Shown: positions 1 to 10,549, counted from the first letter of the stretch. The stretch is 64,000 bases of DNA from a virus (IMGVR_UViG_3300048854_000081:96001-160000); one strand, 5' to 3'. Program-made: numbers and translations. Notes: generated by a model from the letters alone, not told the origin.

Positions 1-889
1 CGGAAAGAATCTTCTCATTCAAACCAAGCATCGAACCTTCGCTGAAGAGATACTTACACCATTCTTTCTCTTGAGAAATGATAGATTCATAGATACCGCG
101 AATTTCTTCTAAGGAATCCTGATAAATCTCCACCATTTCCGGATCATCATCACCACTAGCCCATTTCTTCAAGATATTCTGAGTAATGGCAAGGTGTAGC
201 GATTCATCACGAGCAATAGTAGCAATCTGCTTAGCATTACCTTCCATCAAACCCTGTTCAGCGAATGCGAACGAGCAAGCAAAGGATGCATAGAAGCTCA
301 AGCCTTCAAGGGCATTGATCGAAGCCACGCAGAGCACTAGCTTCTTCTTCAACTGCGTTAGGGTCAGTTTCGATACACCAGCACGCCATAAGTTCGATTC
401 ATTGATAAAATCATCGTAATACTTGACTGTATTGGCTGCACGTTCCTTAATTGACTCATCAAGGATGATGCCGTTTAGCAGATCACCAGCAACAGCGTAC
501 ACATTCTTAAGAATGTAGTTGTACGATCTATTGTGTAGACCTTCGAAGGCTGTCCACCACGTAATACACGTTTCCAATTCTGGAATGGTTACGAATGGAA
601 GTAGAGCCAACGATGGACTACGGCCCTGAATACTATCTAAAACAATCTGATAGCTTAGAGTTTTGACCCAAATATGCTTTTGTGTATCACTAAGCATCTT
701 GAAGTCATTCTTATCCTTTGAAATATCGAATTCTTCTGGTCGCCAGAAGAATCCAATTTGCTTGTCAATTAGCTTATCAAAGATAGGATGAGTTGGTTCA
801 TCGTAACGAGCGATGTTAGGTTGTTCACCAAAGAACATATACTGTTCTTTGGTGACGTTAGGTTGCGTGTTAAATACGGTTTCTTTCAT
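1..889 (-). CDS. nrdB: Ribonucleotide reductase class Ia beta subunit (3' end runs off the window)
   Basis: Manual translation from ATG at 889 gives MKETVFNTQ...FFWRPEEFDISKD...LDSIQGRSP...FEGLHNRSY...LEGLSFYASF...IARDESLH, the di-iron ligands of NrdB. Lies directly downstream of nrdA. Not in the ORF track because it is truncated. Confidence 0.95.
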   Translation of the reverse strand, partial: MKETVFNTQPNVTKEQYMFFGEQPNIARYDEPTHPIFDKLIDKQIGFFWRPEEFDISKDKNDFKMLSDTQKHIWVKTLSYQIVLDSIQGRSPSLALLPFVTIPELETCITWWTAFEGLHNRSYNYILKNVYAVAGDLLNGIILDESIKERAANTVKYYDDFINESNLWRAGVSKLTLTQLKKKLVLCVASINALEGLSFYASFACSFAFAEQGLMEGNAKQIATIARDESLHLAITQNILKKWASGDDDPEMVEIYQDSLEEIRGIYESIISQEKEWCKYLFSEGSMLGLNEKILS

Positions 890-905
890 TTTTATCCTAA
901 ATTAT

Positions 906-3221
906 TCAAATTGAGCAAGATTCACATTCAGAAGATTCGACTTCGAAAGCAGGTTCGGGTGCTATTTCAACCTTATCTACCTTCTTGTCATCTACCACAA
1001 CCTCATCTTCGCGACCATCACGGGTATTATGATAATAGAGAGTCTTAAGTCCGTACATATTTGCCTTAAGAATGTCACCCATCAATACCGACATAGGAAT
1101 CTCGGCACCTTCGAAGTGCTCCGGATTGTATGATAGGTTGGTCGAGATAGACTGGCATGTGAACTTCTGAATAACGGCCATCATCTTAATGATACCGTCC
1201 ATGTCTCGCATATCCCAAAGCATATCATACTTGTTCTTTAAACGCATGTATTCAGGAACAACCTGCTTCGAAACGTTATGCTTGTTAGGCTTAACTGTGA
1301 TCAAGCTTCTAACCGGCTCAACACCGTTGGTGCTGTTCATGATCTTGGAGCTAGATTCAGCAGGCATCATGGCAGTTAGGGTTGCATTGCGGATACCATG
1401 CTTAGCCAACTCTTCACGAAGCCACTTCCAATCAAGGTTCAATACGTTAGGAACGATCTTATCGACATTCTTATTGTAATGATCGATTGGCATGATGCCC
1501 TGTGACCACTTGGTTTCATCAAAACCTAAACAAGGACCGCGTTCCTTAGCCAATTCAATAGATGCCTTGATGCAGTAGAACTCAATGGCTTCCATCGTAT
1601 CGTGCATGAGCTTGTAGCCATCATCAGACGAATAGGAGACACCATTCTTAGCCAAATAGTAGGCTAGGTTGGTGATACCAATACCCAATGGACGATACTT
1701 CATGGTCGAAGTCTTAGCAGCCGGAACCATGTAATCCTGATAATCAAGAAGATTGTCAAGCATTCTTACAGCATTGCGGCAAGTTACTTCTAGATCATCC
1801 AATGACTTAACGTTACCAAGATTGATAGCAGCAAGCGTACATAGAGCGATTTCGCCTTCAGGATCATCCAAACTCTTCAATGGCTTGGTTGGGAGAGTGA
1901 TTTCCTGACACAAGTTGCTGGTAGTGATTGGAACATTGAAGTTCGAATGGGAGTTTACGTTATCGACGTTGAACACGTAGATACGACCAGTTTCCTTTCT
2001 CTCTGTAGTTAAAGTAGTGAAGAGTTCAATCGCTGGGATCGACTTCTTTCTAATCTTTGGATCATTCTCATACTTTTCGTAAAGTTCAATAAACTTTGCC
2101 TTATCCGAGAACATGGCATCGTATAGACCCGGAACATCAGATGGCGAGAACAATGTGATGTTCTGCTTCTTGATGAAGCGATTATATAAGTAATTGTTTA
2201 TCTGGATTGAGTAATCGAGCTTGCGTACGCGAGTGTCCGGAGTACCCTTGTTATTCTTAAGAACAAGAATATCGAGGATTTCACTGTGCCATAGCGAAGC
2301 TGTCAATGTTGCAGAAGCACCACGAACACCACCTTGTGAACATGACTTCAGAGCGCTCTCAAACATTCTGTAGAACGGTACGACACCAGTATGCTTAACA
2401 GCCTTTTCCTTACCCACCGGAGCGCCTTCAGCGCGGATACGGGAGGCATCAATACCAATACCAGCCTTCTTGCTAGCATACTTAACAATGGAGCCAGCAG
2501 CAGCAATGATCGAATCCAGATTGTCATCGGATGAGATAAGTGTGCAGCTTGAGAACTGTTTTGTTGGGCTACGCAAACCAGCCATGATTGGAGTTGGAAG
2601 ACTCAAATCCCATGACGAAAAGGTATTGTACTGTGACTTGATGTCCTTGACGCTCTTGGTGTCGAGGGCAGAAATGGCAGCAGCGAGAATGTAAGTAATC
2701 TGTGGAGTCTCTAGTGGAGTAACTTCCTTAAGAGAACGATCACGCATAGCATACTTGGTCATGTATTCGGTAATACCGATGTATGACATGTGGAAATCGC
2801 GATCATGATCGACGATGGTTTCAATACGATCCCAATCGCTTTCACTATAGTCTTCTAACAGATGTGCATGGTAATAATTACCTTCGACCATCTTCTTAAC
2901 ATGGTCATATAGACGTGGAGGATTCATACCACCCCAAGCCTGTTTACGTATTTCATAATTCATCAAATTACCAGCAACGTACTGATAATTAACAGAAGTT
3001 TCAGAGATTAGATCAGCAGCCGACTTGATAAGTGCTGCATGGATATCCTTAGATGAGATTCCATCATAGACAGATAAATGAGCTTTCATAGCAATATCCG
3101 AGACGGATACGCCAGTGATACCTTCGCACGCTTTTTCTAGGATATTATGTATCTTATCGAGGTTTAACTGTTCTTTCTCTCCGTTTCTTTTTAAAACAAA
3201 AATCTTACTTTCATCTACCAT
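906..3221 (-). CDS. nrdA: Ribonucleotide reductase class Ia alpha subunit with N-terminal ATP cone
   Basis: VLKRNG ATP cone, FSSC, SNLCQEI, ALCTLAAI, LYY and C-terminal CESC redox pair. Confidence 0.97.
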   Translation of the reverse strand: MVDESKIFVLKRNGEKEQLNLDKIHNILEKACEGITGVSVSDIAMKAHLSVYDGISSKDIHAALIKSAADLISETSVNYQYVAGNLMNYEIRKQAWGGMNPPRLYDHVKKMVEGNYYHAHLLEDYSESDWDRIETIVDHDRDFHMSYIGITEYMTKYAMRDRSLKEVTPLETPQITYILAAAISALDTKSVKDIKSQYNTFSSWDLSLPTPIMAGLRSPTKQFSSCTLISSDDNLDSIIAAAGSIVKYASKKAGIGIDASRIRAEGAPVGKEKAVKHTGVVPFYRMFESALKSCSQGGVRGASATLTASLWHSEILDILVLKNNKGTPDTRVRKLDYSIQINNYLYNRFIKKQNITLFSPSDVPGLYDAMFSDKAKFIELYEKYENDPKIRKKSIPAIELFTTLTTERKETGRIYVFNVDNVNSHSNFNVPITTSNLCQEITLPTKPLKSLDDPEGEIALCTLAAINLGNVKSLDDLEVTCRNAVRMLDNLLDYQDYMVPAAKTSTMKYRPLGIGITNLAYYLAKNGVSYSSDDGYKLMHDTMEAIEFYCIKASIELAKERGPCLGFDETKWSQGIMPIDHYNKNVDKIVPNVLNLDWKWLREELAKHGIRNATLTAMMPAESSSKIMNSTNGVEPVRSLITVKPNKHNVSKQVVPEYMRLKNKYDMLWDMRDMDGIIKMMAVIQKFTCQSISTNLSYNPEHFEGAEIPMSVLMGDILKANMYGLKTLYYHNTRDGREDEVVVDDKKVDKVEIAPEPAFEVESSECESCSI

Positions 3222-3308
3222 TTCTTGTCCTTAGTATTCTCGTCTTGCAGTGGTTTAATATTTAGACTACCACTTTTTCTTATCTTATTTCGTTGAAGAA
3301 TCATCACC

Positions 3309-3839
3309 TTATATTAGGTTAAGAAATTCTTCGTATTCTTCTATCAATGAGTAGCGAATTGCATAGTAATATGGGATGTCATACACGATGACTTCGGTCT
3401 TCGAACTCAGTCCATTTTCCAAATCACTAAACGAATACTGATGCTTCAAGACCTCTTGAAAAGTCTTGATTCCATTCTCTCCATAGTTTTCTATGAGAGT
3501 AGACAGGGTTGTCTTGTATGTTTCGGTTGTGTTTGCCACATTCTGAGCATACAGATACTTGTAGCCATTTATCGGAAAGATAAAGAATGGCTCAAAGTCG
3601 GCTGTCTTGCTTGGCTGGAATGCCTCAACGCTATGAGCAAAAATTGATCTTTGCATAAGGTCGGTGTGGCTTTTGAAGGTGTCATTGAAGGCTTCAATGA
3701 TTTCGTTCTTTAGATTTTTCTTCTTTCTGACCTTTACCTTTCGAAACCCATCTTGATTGGTAGGTAAATTCTTTAGTAGAGGATACCCTCTTGATTCTGT
3801 TAAGAATTGAGAGCATTCATTTTGTATGGTTAATAACAT
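3309..3839 (-). CDS. Hypothetical phage protein
   Basis: 176-aa ORF filling the gap between nrdA and the glycan locus; no recognised motif. Confidence 0.7.
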   Translation of the reverse strand: MLLTIQNECSQFLTESRGYPLLKNLPTNQDGFRKVKVRKKKNLKNEIIEAFNDTFKSHTDLMQRSIFAHSVEAFQPSKTADFEPFFIFPINGYKYLYAQNVANTTETYKTTLSTLIENYGENGIKTFQEVLKHQYSFSDLENGLSSKTEVIVYDIPYYYAIRYSLIEEYEEFLNLI

Positions 3840-3861
3840 TTTAAGGCTCGTTGGGAAGTTC

Positions 3862-3867
3862 TAAATA
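3862..3867 (+). promoter_or_regulatory. Late promoter motif TAAATA heading glycan locus 1
   Basis: Same motif recurs shortly upstream of about 20 genes; resembles the T4 gp55 TATAAATA consensus. Confidence 0.6.
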
Positions 3868-3893
3868 GATGTTGTCAAATGGATATTTAGAAG

Positions 3894-4541
3894 ATGAATG
3901 GTAGCAAAATGCGTCCTAAATTGCAATGCCTTTACGATAAGGTTGCAGGCCGCGATGTCTTTGTCATAGGTGGTGGACCTAGCTTCAAGGATATCGACAA
4001 GCGAGTTCTTGATGGTAAGATTATTTTCTGTCTTAACACAGCATATCGTGAATTTCCTAATGCTACCGCCCTATATTGGTGCGACGAAAGCTGGATAGGA
4101 AATCATTACGATGCTGTCATGGACCACCCATGTCAATTACGTTTCACTGCTCGCCATACTGCCGATGGTTACATTAAGAAAGACCTGTTGGCTACTGGGA
4201 ATGCTACCGTTATGAAACGTACCGGAGATTACGGAATAGATACTGACTTCAATCATGTTCGTGGCAACAATAGCGGGGCTCACGCCCTAAATCTTCTTGG
4301 TAACATGCGAGCCAAACGTATTATACTATTAGGATACGATATGTCTCTTTCCGGTTCAGCTTCACATTGGCACGAAGGCCATGGTCTACCTATGGGAAAT
4401 TATGTTTACAATGACCTATTTATTCCATCGATCACCAGCATGGCTAATCCCCTAAAGAATCTAAAGGTGGAAGTGGTGAATTGTTCACCAACCTCTCGTC
4501 TAGACTGCTTCAAGAAAGATAAGCTTGAGAACTACCTATGA
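3894..4541 (+). CDS. DUF115/Maf (MptE-like) fold putative glycosyltransferase
   Basis: VFVIGGGPS...IFCLN...NSG...A...IILLGYDM...H...EVVNCS pattern typical of the Maf/DUF115/sialyltransferase-like fold. Confidence 0.7.
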   Translation: MNGSKMRPKLQCLYDKVAGRDVFVIGGGPSFKDIDKRVLDGKIIFCLNTAYREFPNATALYWCDESWIGNHYDAVMDHPCQLRFTARHTADGYIKKDLLATGNATVMKRTGDYGIDTDFNHVRGNNSGAHALNLLGNMRAKRIILLGYDMSLSGSASHWHEGHGLPMGNYVYNDLFIPSITSMANPLKNLKVEVVNCSPTSRLDCFKKDKLENYL

Positions 4542-5266
4542 TATCCTGCCTAATTGTTAATTTCAATTGTCTGTTCCACACCAAAAACCTTATCAAAGAC
4601 GTAGAGGCTCAAGACCTCCAAGATTTTGAGTTGATCATCATGGACCAGAATTCACACGAGGAAGGTACAAAGGAATTCTTGGAATCTATCAAAAATAAGT
4701 ACACTGTTATTCAAAATGGGTATAATAAACCATTGAATACCATCTGGAATGACTTTGTAACCATGTCTAAGTATGATTACTGTGCATTTCTTAACAATGA
4801 CATCCGTATTCCAACTAATTTCTTATCTAATACTGTGGAAATCTTCAATCTAGAGCCATCAGTGTCCTGCGTCATTCATCCAACCAATCACAAGGATTGG
4901 AGCATAGCCAAAAAGAAGCTGTCTTATGAAATTTTGTCAGATAGAACTCGACAGGGTTGGGATCACAGCTTTAGGAAGTCAGACTGGGTTACTATCCCAT
5001 CCATCCTAGACTTTTATTGTGGTGATGACTTTATCTTTGAAAATGTATATCTAAGAAATAAACACGTGGCTATGGCCTTAAGTTCACCAATTATCCATTT
5101 ATTAAGTCAAACTCGCAAGAGTCCACTTAATAAGGTCATTCCTAATAGAAATCCTATCAAGGATGTGGAGAGCTATAAGAAGTTAGGGTTCCGACACTAC
5201 CTTAATATACTGGATAAATATTCGAAAATTGAACCAGAAATAGCCCACATAAGGCAGGAATCATAA
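4538..5266 (+). CDS. GT2-family (GT-A) glycosyltransferase
   Basis: ISCLIVNFN, ELIIMDQNS, FLNNDI (DxD-like), YCGDD. Confidence 0.8.
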   Translation: MISCLIVNFNCLFHTKNLIKDVEAQDLQDFELIIMDQNSHEEGTKEFLESIKNKYTVIQNGYNKPLNTIWNDFVTMSKYDYCAFLNNDIRIPTNFLSNTVEIFNLEPSVSCVIHPTNHKDWSIAKKKLSYEILSDRTRQGWDHSFRKSDWVTIPSILDFYCGDDFIFENVYLRNKHVAMALSSPIIHLLSQTRKSPLNKVIPNRNPIKDVESYKKLGFRHYLNILDKYSKIEPEIAHIRQES

Positions 5267-5739
5267 TGGCATATACAAATGTAGAGATTGTAAGAGGATT
5301 AAACGTAAGAATTGACGAAACCGTAAAAATTATCGGTAGTGGTAAGATAATTCTAGGTGATAATGTTCAAATTCGTGCTTATTCTATTATAGAAATCGAC
5401 GGTACCTTGGAAATTGGTGCTAGAAGTGTAATTGGATATCATAATTTTATACAATGTTCCGGAATATGCAAAATTGGTGTCGGCTCTTTGATCGGTCCTA
5501 ATACTGTAATGTTGGCTTCCAGTCACCAAATTACTGACGTTCCTTTGGTCGATGAGAAAATGTTGCGCAGTTTTCTAACAATTAAAGATAATGTGTGGGT
5601 AGGTGCCAATTGCACCATCAACCATGGGATTACTTTAGATGATAATTGTATTATTGGTGCAAATAGTTTTGTGAAGGCTAATGTAGGAAAGAATGAGATT
5701 GTAGGTGGCGTTCCAGCCAAGTTAATTAGAACTCGCTAA
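5266..5739 (+). CDS. Hexapeptide-repeat (left-handed beta-helix) sugar O/N-acyltransferase
   Basis: IxIGxxxxIG repeats, IKDNVWVGAN, GANSFV, VGGVPAKLI. Confidence 0.9.
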   Translation: MAYTNVEIVRGLNVRIDETVKIIGSGKIILGDNVQIRAYSIIEIDGTLEIGARSVIGYHNFIQCSGICKIGVGSLIGPNTVMLASSHQITDVPLVDEKMLRSFLTIKDNVWVGANCTINHGITLDDNCIIGANSFVKANVGKNEIVGGVPAKLIRTR

Positions 5740-6689
5740 TGAACTTCATCTTTGTCGTAGCCCTTAATAATGCAACCAATGCATATCAATATAAAACCAT
5801 CACTGGTCTATTTCGCACTTTAGCAATAACATTAGAAGAATTGGGTCACCAAACACATATTGTCTGTCATCCTGATTCGATCTTACATGCTCAAGATTAT
5901 ACCAAGACATATCTAACTGAATTCCTAAACGGCAATAATTACCAAACTCTAATTGAAGAAATTGGATTTACCCCCGATTACGCTTTTATTTGGAACGGTA
6001 ATCCGCCTTATGATGAAGTTACTATTAAATTATTGCAAGACAATAAAATAAAGATAGTATATGGGGAACTTGGTTTCTTCAAACACTTCAATAAAACCTG
6101 CTATTTCGATCTTAGTGGTGTCAATTGTAAGATTAGAGATATTATCGATCCGTTAAATGAACCTATTACCGAAGATGATCTTCAATTGGTTGAATTACTT
6201 AAGGAAGATAATATCCAACCTCGTTTAATAGAAGAACCTTATATTTTTATCCCATTACAAATTGAAACTGACACACAAATCGTAAAATATTCCCCTTTTA
6301 AGACAATGGATAAGTTTCTAACTCATGTAGCAGAAATCTTTAATGGAGATAATCGAAAGATTGTTTTCAAACAACATCCACTTAAATCTTCACCGATCAG
6401 TTCCTATGATAAATTCGTAGAGGTGACTGAAGATGTTCACCATTATATTCCCTATGCTGATCTTGTTGTCGGCATAAATTCTACTGTTCTGATGGAATCA
6501 TTGATCTATCATAATAGAATTATTAGCTTTGGTGCAAGTATTGCCTCTAGACAGTTGTCCGAAGAGCAAAGAATCAAATTGTTAGCCAAGCTTCAAAGGA
6601 AACAGGTCAATTGGGAAGACCTAAAAGACAAGGATAAGGTAGAGAATTCAAGATTCTACCAAGAAATATTAGAGGATTATAGTAAATGA
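5739..6689 (+). CDS. KpsS/KpsC-like capsule biosynthesis glycosyltransferase
   Basis: FIWNG, ELGFF, FIPLQIETDTQI, FKQHP and INSTVLMESL motifs of the Capsule_synth (beta-Kdo transferase) family. Confidence 0.75.
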   Translation: MNFIFVVALNNATNAYQYKTITGLFRTLAITLEELGHQTHIVCHPDSILHAQDYTKTYLTEFLNGNNYQTLIEEIGFTPDYAFIWNGNPPYDEVTIKLLQDNKIKIVYGELGFFKHFNKTCYFDLSGVNCKIRDIIDPLNEPITEDDLQLVELLKEDNIQPRLIEEPYIFIPLQIETDTQIVKYSPFKTMDKFLTHVAEIFNGDNRKIVFKQHPLKSSPISSYDKFVEVTEDVHHYIPYADLVVGINSTVLMESLIYHNRIISFGASIASRQLSEEQRIKLLAKLQRKQVNWEDLKDKDKVENSRFYQEILEDYSK

Positions 6690-7381
6690 ATGGTATTAAA
6701 TGGTCTAAAGTAGATACGAGTAAGAAAGTTGATACTGTAATCATTGTATGTACTGGTCCAAGTTTGAAGAATTTCAACTTTGAATCATTACGCGACAAGG
6801 GCTATATCATTGCAGTGAACGATGCCGGTAAGTACGTTCCGTTCGCAGATGCATGGTTTACGCTCGATCCATGGGGTTGTGGTATAGGTGGTAAGCAATA
6901 TCCGGAAAATTTCCGTGGTGATTTATTTGCTGCTGTACCTGAAGACTATGGTACGACGTATGCCCGAAGCCTTGATCATAAGATTCAGGCAAACCCTAAG
7001 ATTAACTTCCTACATCGAATCCCATTCCATTCTGTTTCGCAGTCAGATATCAAAACTTACGATTATCTGACATGGGGATTTAACGATGATCGTGGAAGTA
7101 TCCACACAGGTAATTCCGGCTTTGGTGCTATGAATATGGCTTACCATATGAGACCAAAACGCATTGTTTTATTAGGATTAGATGCTAGCAGTGGTTATTT
7201 CTTTAATGAAAATAAGCCAACTCGCACTCTTAACCATCTACCATTAATCTTTAGATCAACATTACCACAACTAAAAGAAGCTAACATTGAGGTTCTAAAT
7301 GGAAGTCAGTTATCCAAAATCGATTGCTTCCCTAGATATGCCCTTAATGTTATAACCAAAAGACTTGAGACGCCAGCATGA
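6686..7381 (+). CDS. Second DUF115/Maf-like putative glycosyltransferase (paralog of 3894..4541)
   Basis: IIVCTGPSL...IAVN...GNSGFGAMNMAYHM...RIVLLGLD...IEVLNGS. Confidence 0.7.
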   Translation: MNGIKWSKVDTSKKVDTVIIVCTGPSLKNFNFESLRDKGYIIAVNDAGKYVPFADAWFTLDPWGCGIGGKQYPENFRGDLFAAVPEDYGTTYARSLDHKIQANPKINFLHRIPFHSVSQSDIKTYDYLTWGFNDDRGSIHTGNSGFGAMNMAYHMRPKRIVLLGLDASSGYFFNENKPTRTLNHLPLIFRSTLPQLKEANIEVLNGSQLSKIDCFPRYALNVITKRLETPA

Positions 7382-8655
7382 TACAAAATAAATTAAAATT
7401 ACACCTTGAAGACTCTTTAAAGCTTGACGGATCAGTTATCGACTTCCGTGTTTATGATGCACAAAACTTCTCTCTTATTCTAAACACCTTAAAAGGAAGT
7501 GACAAGCATTGCTATGGCGTCGATACATTCAAAGGTTTGGGTGATCCTACACAGGAAGATAGTCGCGATCCTGACACATACAGAGTTAAGAAAGGTGCAT
7601 TTTTAATTAATAGAAGTCTCACCAAACTTAATATTCGTTCTGATAATGAAAACTACTCATTAACTGAGACGGATAACTATAATGATTTAGAGTGGGTTAT
7701 TCCAGAACTAGAGAAATTCTGCTTCGCTTTAGTCGATTTGAAACAATTTGCCTCTACCAAGAAAGTTTTAGAATACCTTTGGACACGAATGACCTATGGT
7801 GGAACTATTTTCGTAGCCAATTATCACGAATCGTCAAATCATTCTGAACACATTGCAATCAAAGCATTTGTCGAGGCACATGATGAAGAAGTCAACGTTT
7901 CCAGACAAATGATGGTCAATGGTGTACATGAGAAGTTTATTGCCATTAAATGCTTGCGTGATGCGGTGAAGCCAGCCAATTGGAGAAGCTACACCAAATC
8001 CCAAAAAGTAACCATAGCAATGGTTCTTAAGACTGGCGGCGAAGTTTACAATTACAAATACGTCAATGCTCTTGCAAAATCAATCAAAGAAAACGTTACA
8101 GTTCCTCATGAAGTTGTAGTACTTACCGATAATCCGAAGGGATTCACTTGGGATGTTGATAGAGTTATTCCATTAGCTAATAACTACCCTACATGGTGGA
8201 GTAAGATAGAATTGTTCAAGCCGTACCAGTTCGATGGTCCTGTGTTCTATTTTGATTTGGATACCGCCATTATTGGTAACATTGACGATATCGTATCGTA
8301 TGATGGTGATTTTGCTGGGTTGAGAGATTTCTATGGTCTGCATTCCCTTGGAAGTGGTCTTATGGGATGGAATCCTAAGCATACAGATAAAATTTATCTC
8401 GATTTTGCACCACGATACAGCACCATCATAACCAATTATAAGGAAGGTGATCAGAAGTGGATCGATGAGAATAAGCCCTCAGTCGAGTATCTTCAGGACA
8501 TCTATCCTAATCAAATCGTATCTTTCAAGAGACATTGCTTGGATAAGCATGGTCAGATCGTTATTCCAGAGAAAGCTAAGATCATTTGCTTCCATGGTAA
8601 CCCGCGACCACATTCGATTACCCACCCTGTTATATCAAAATATTGGAATTCTTAA
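7378..8655 (+). CDS. Fusion of a TylF/MycF-like O-methyltransferase domain (degenerate) and a GT8-like glycosyltransferase
   Basis: N-terminal YGVDTFKGL...LEYLWTRMTYGGTIFV; C-terminal WWSKIELF, YFDLD, GDQ, IICFHGNPRP. Confidence 0.7.
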   Translation: MIQNKLKLHLEDSLKLDGSVIDFRVYDAQNFSLILNTLKGSDKHCYGVDTFKGLGDPTQEDSRDPDTYRVKKGAFLINRSLTKLNIRSDNENYSLTETDNYNDLEWVIPELEKFCFALVDLKQFASTKKVLEYLWTRMTYGGTIFVANYHESSNHSEHIAIKAFVEAHDEEVNVSRQMMVNGVHEKFIAIKCLRDAVKPANWRSYTKSQKVTIAMVLKTGGEVYNYKYVNALAKSIKENVTVPHEVVVLTDNPKGFTWDVDRVIPLANNYPTWWSKIELFKPYQFDGPVFYFDLDTAIIGNIDDIVSYDGDFAGLRDFYGLHSLGSGLMGWNPKHTDKIYLDFAPRYSTIITNYKEGDQKWIDENKPSVEYLQDIYPNQIVSFKRHCLDKHGQIVIPEKAKIICFHGNPRPHSITHPVISKYWNS

Positions 8656-8694
8656 TATCCATAAATACACAGATAGTATTTGACCGGAAACCGA

Positions 8695-10527
8695 ATGGCG
8701 ACAATAACATATAAGTGCAATGTCTGCGAAAGAAACATTGATCTACTTGAGAACAAGCAAGGTCTGACCACATTTTCTAAATGTGTGATTACGTATGGCT
8801 GCAAAGGTAAGTTATTAAAAACTAAGAGAAATCCTGACAATATCCGAGAATCATTCCCGGTAGAAGTGCCGGGGCTGGAAGATTACAGTCAACGTCGAGT
8901 TCTATTCGATTACACTCAGACTCTTCCAAGTTCGGTGTGGGTTATCTCGCATGATCTTAACACATCACCTACGGTTTCAGTTTATATCCTGAATACTACG
9001 ACAAAAAAATATGATGAGCTTGATCAGAATCAGTACAAGATTACGATTCTTGGTACAAATCGCTTAAAGCTTACCTTTAAGAATTCATACGTCGGCAGAG
9101 CCCAGTTAGTTTCAAGAAACTCGATAAAGTCGGTTCCTACCAGTGTTACTCCGGTTCTTGCTCCATTCCAAGTTACCAGTACTGGCTATTTCGTATTCGC
9201 TGTACCAAAATATCTAACGAAGTTTGAATACCCGCCTTCGATTCTTCCTACTCCACAACTTCCATACGATCTTAATGCACTTCCAATCAGAATTGAAGTC
9301 AGCATTAAGAAGCCTAACGAGGAAGAAGAAATATGTACAGAAATCTTCTCTAGTTCACTTTCCAATACTCCGTGGACTGGTTGGAATGAGGTTCTTGTTC
9401 GAAAGAGAAGAAACTATTACCTATTCAGCAAGAGCATTCTAGCTTTTAGAACCTTTGGTGGTGACACTCTTAAATTCAGTGACATTCCAGATGGAACACA
9501 GCTTAAAATCACACGTATCGACTATGGTACTGGTGTACTTCAGCCTATTCCACCGGAAGGTTTGTACATTCTATTGGCCGGTACTCCATTTACCACCAAT
9601 GATAAAATTAAGGATAAGGTCGTTGACGTAGCCAATATGGTTGACAACGATATCGATTATTTTTCTTATACTACATCAGATTTCTTTGTTGACCAATCTA
9701 ATGTCGAAAAAACCTATCCAGAACTATTGCAGGTCAAGGCGGTTAACTTCATTCCACCTACACCAAGCCCTACACCTACAATTTCTCCTACAATTTCACA
9801 AACTCCGTCAGTTTCCTTGACTAAATCGGTTATTGTCAGTGCAACACCACAGGCGTCTCCACAGCCTTCGTCCAGCATTCCGGCAACTCCAACACCAACA
9901 GCTTCGGTAACGAAGTCAGCTACACCTACACCAACGGTTACTCCAACTCCTACTCCGGGTTCGTTCAACCAACCATTCGACTTTGCTCTAGTTCGTTACA
10001 CATGGAATGCAGGCGATGGTACCGACCTAGATACCAGAACCGCCATTATCGTTCCACCACGCAATATTGACGTGGGTTGGAGTCGTGCAGATGTTGATGG
10101 AACCTACCTTAACTGGGGTGGTGATAATACCTCACCTAACGGTCCAGAAGCCGTACTAATCGATTTCAATTCGTTGTCTACTGACTATCCAGATATTGAT
10201 GATTTTTCTATTAGATTAAGATTGAACTGGTATAGCACGCGTTTGGATGGTAATGTGGGTATACAATTCCAAAGCTATTTGGGTGGTACCATGCAACATA
10301 GTGGTACCGACTTTGTTAACGTTGGTGGACAATTAGTTAATGATGCAACAGTTTACGTAAACTGTGTAAGTAACAGTGCTGGTAACGTAGATGGTTCGGA
10401 TATTGGTACGTTGAATTATGATAGCGGTACAAAGACGGCTAGCTTCATTCCGTTAGTTCCGGCTGTAACGCCTACTCAAACTCCACAACCTTCGCCAACT
10501 CCAACGGCAACACCATCAAGCACTTAA
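8695..10527 (+). CDS. Virion structural protein with an N-terminal Cys4 zinc-ribbon-like motif, Thr/Pro-rich linker and C-terminal beta domain
   Basis: ATG at 8695 downstream of TAAATA (8662); CxxC...C...C; TPSPTPT tracts. Confidence 0.65.
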   Translation: MATITYKCNVCERNIDLLENKQGLTTFSKCVITYGCKGKLLKTKRNPDNIRESFPVEVPGLEDYSQRRVLFDYTQTLPSSVWVISHDLNTSPTVSVYILNTTTKKYDELDQNQYKITILGTNRLKLTFKNSYVGRAQLVSRNSIKSVPTSVTPVLAPFQVTSTGYFVFAVPKYLTKFEYPPSILPTPQLPYDLNALPIRIEVSIKKPNEEEEICTEIFSSSLSNTPWTGWNEVLVRKRRNYYLFSKSILAFRTFGGDTLKFSDIPDGTQLKITRIDYGTGVLQPIPPEGLYILLAGTPFTTNDKIKDKVVDVANMVDNDIDYFSYTTSDFFVDQSNVEKTYPELLQVKAVNFIPPTPSPTPTISPTISQTPSVSLTKSVIVSATPQASPQPSSSIPATPTPTASVTKSATPTPTVTPTPTPGSFNQPFDFALVRYTWNAGDGTDLDTRTAIIVPPRNIDVGWSRADVDGTYLNWGGDNTSPNGPEAVLIDFNSLSTDYPDIDDFSIRLRLNWYSTRLDGNVGIQFQSYLGGTMQHSGTDFVNVGGQLVNDATVYVNCVSNSAGNVDGSDIGTLNYDSGTKTASFIPLVPAVTPTQTPQPSPTPTATPSST

Positions 10528-10543
10528 TCATCCGAAATAGTAA

Positions 10544-10549
10544 TAAATA
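10544..10549 (+). promoter_or_regulatory. Late promoter motif TAAATA
   Basis: ATAAATA in a short intergenic gap before a structural gene. Confidence 0.7.
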
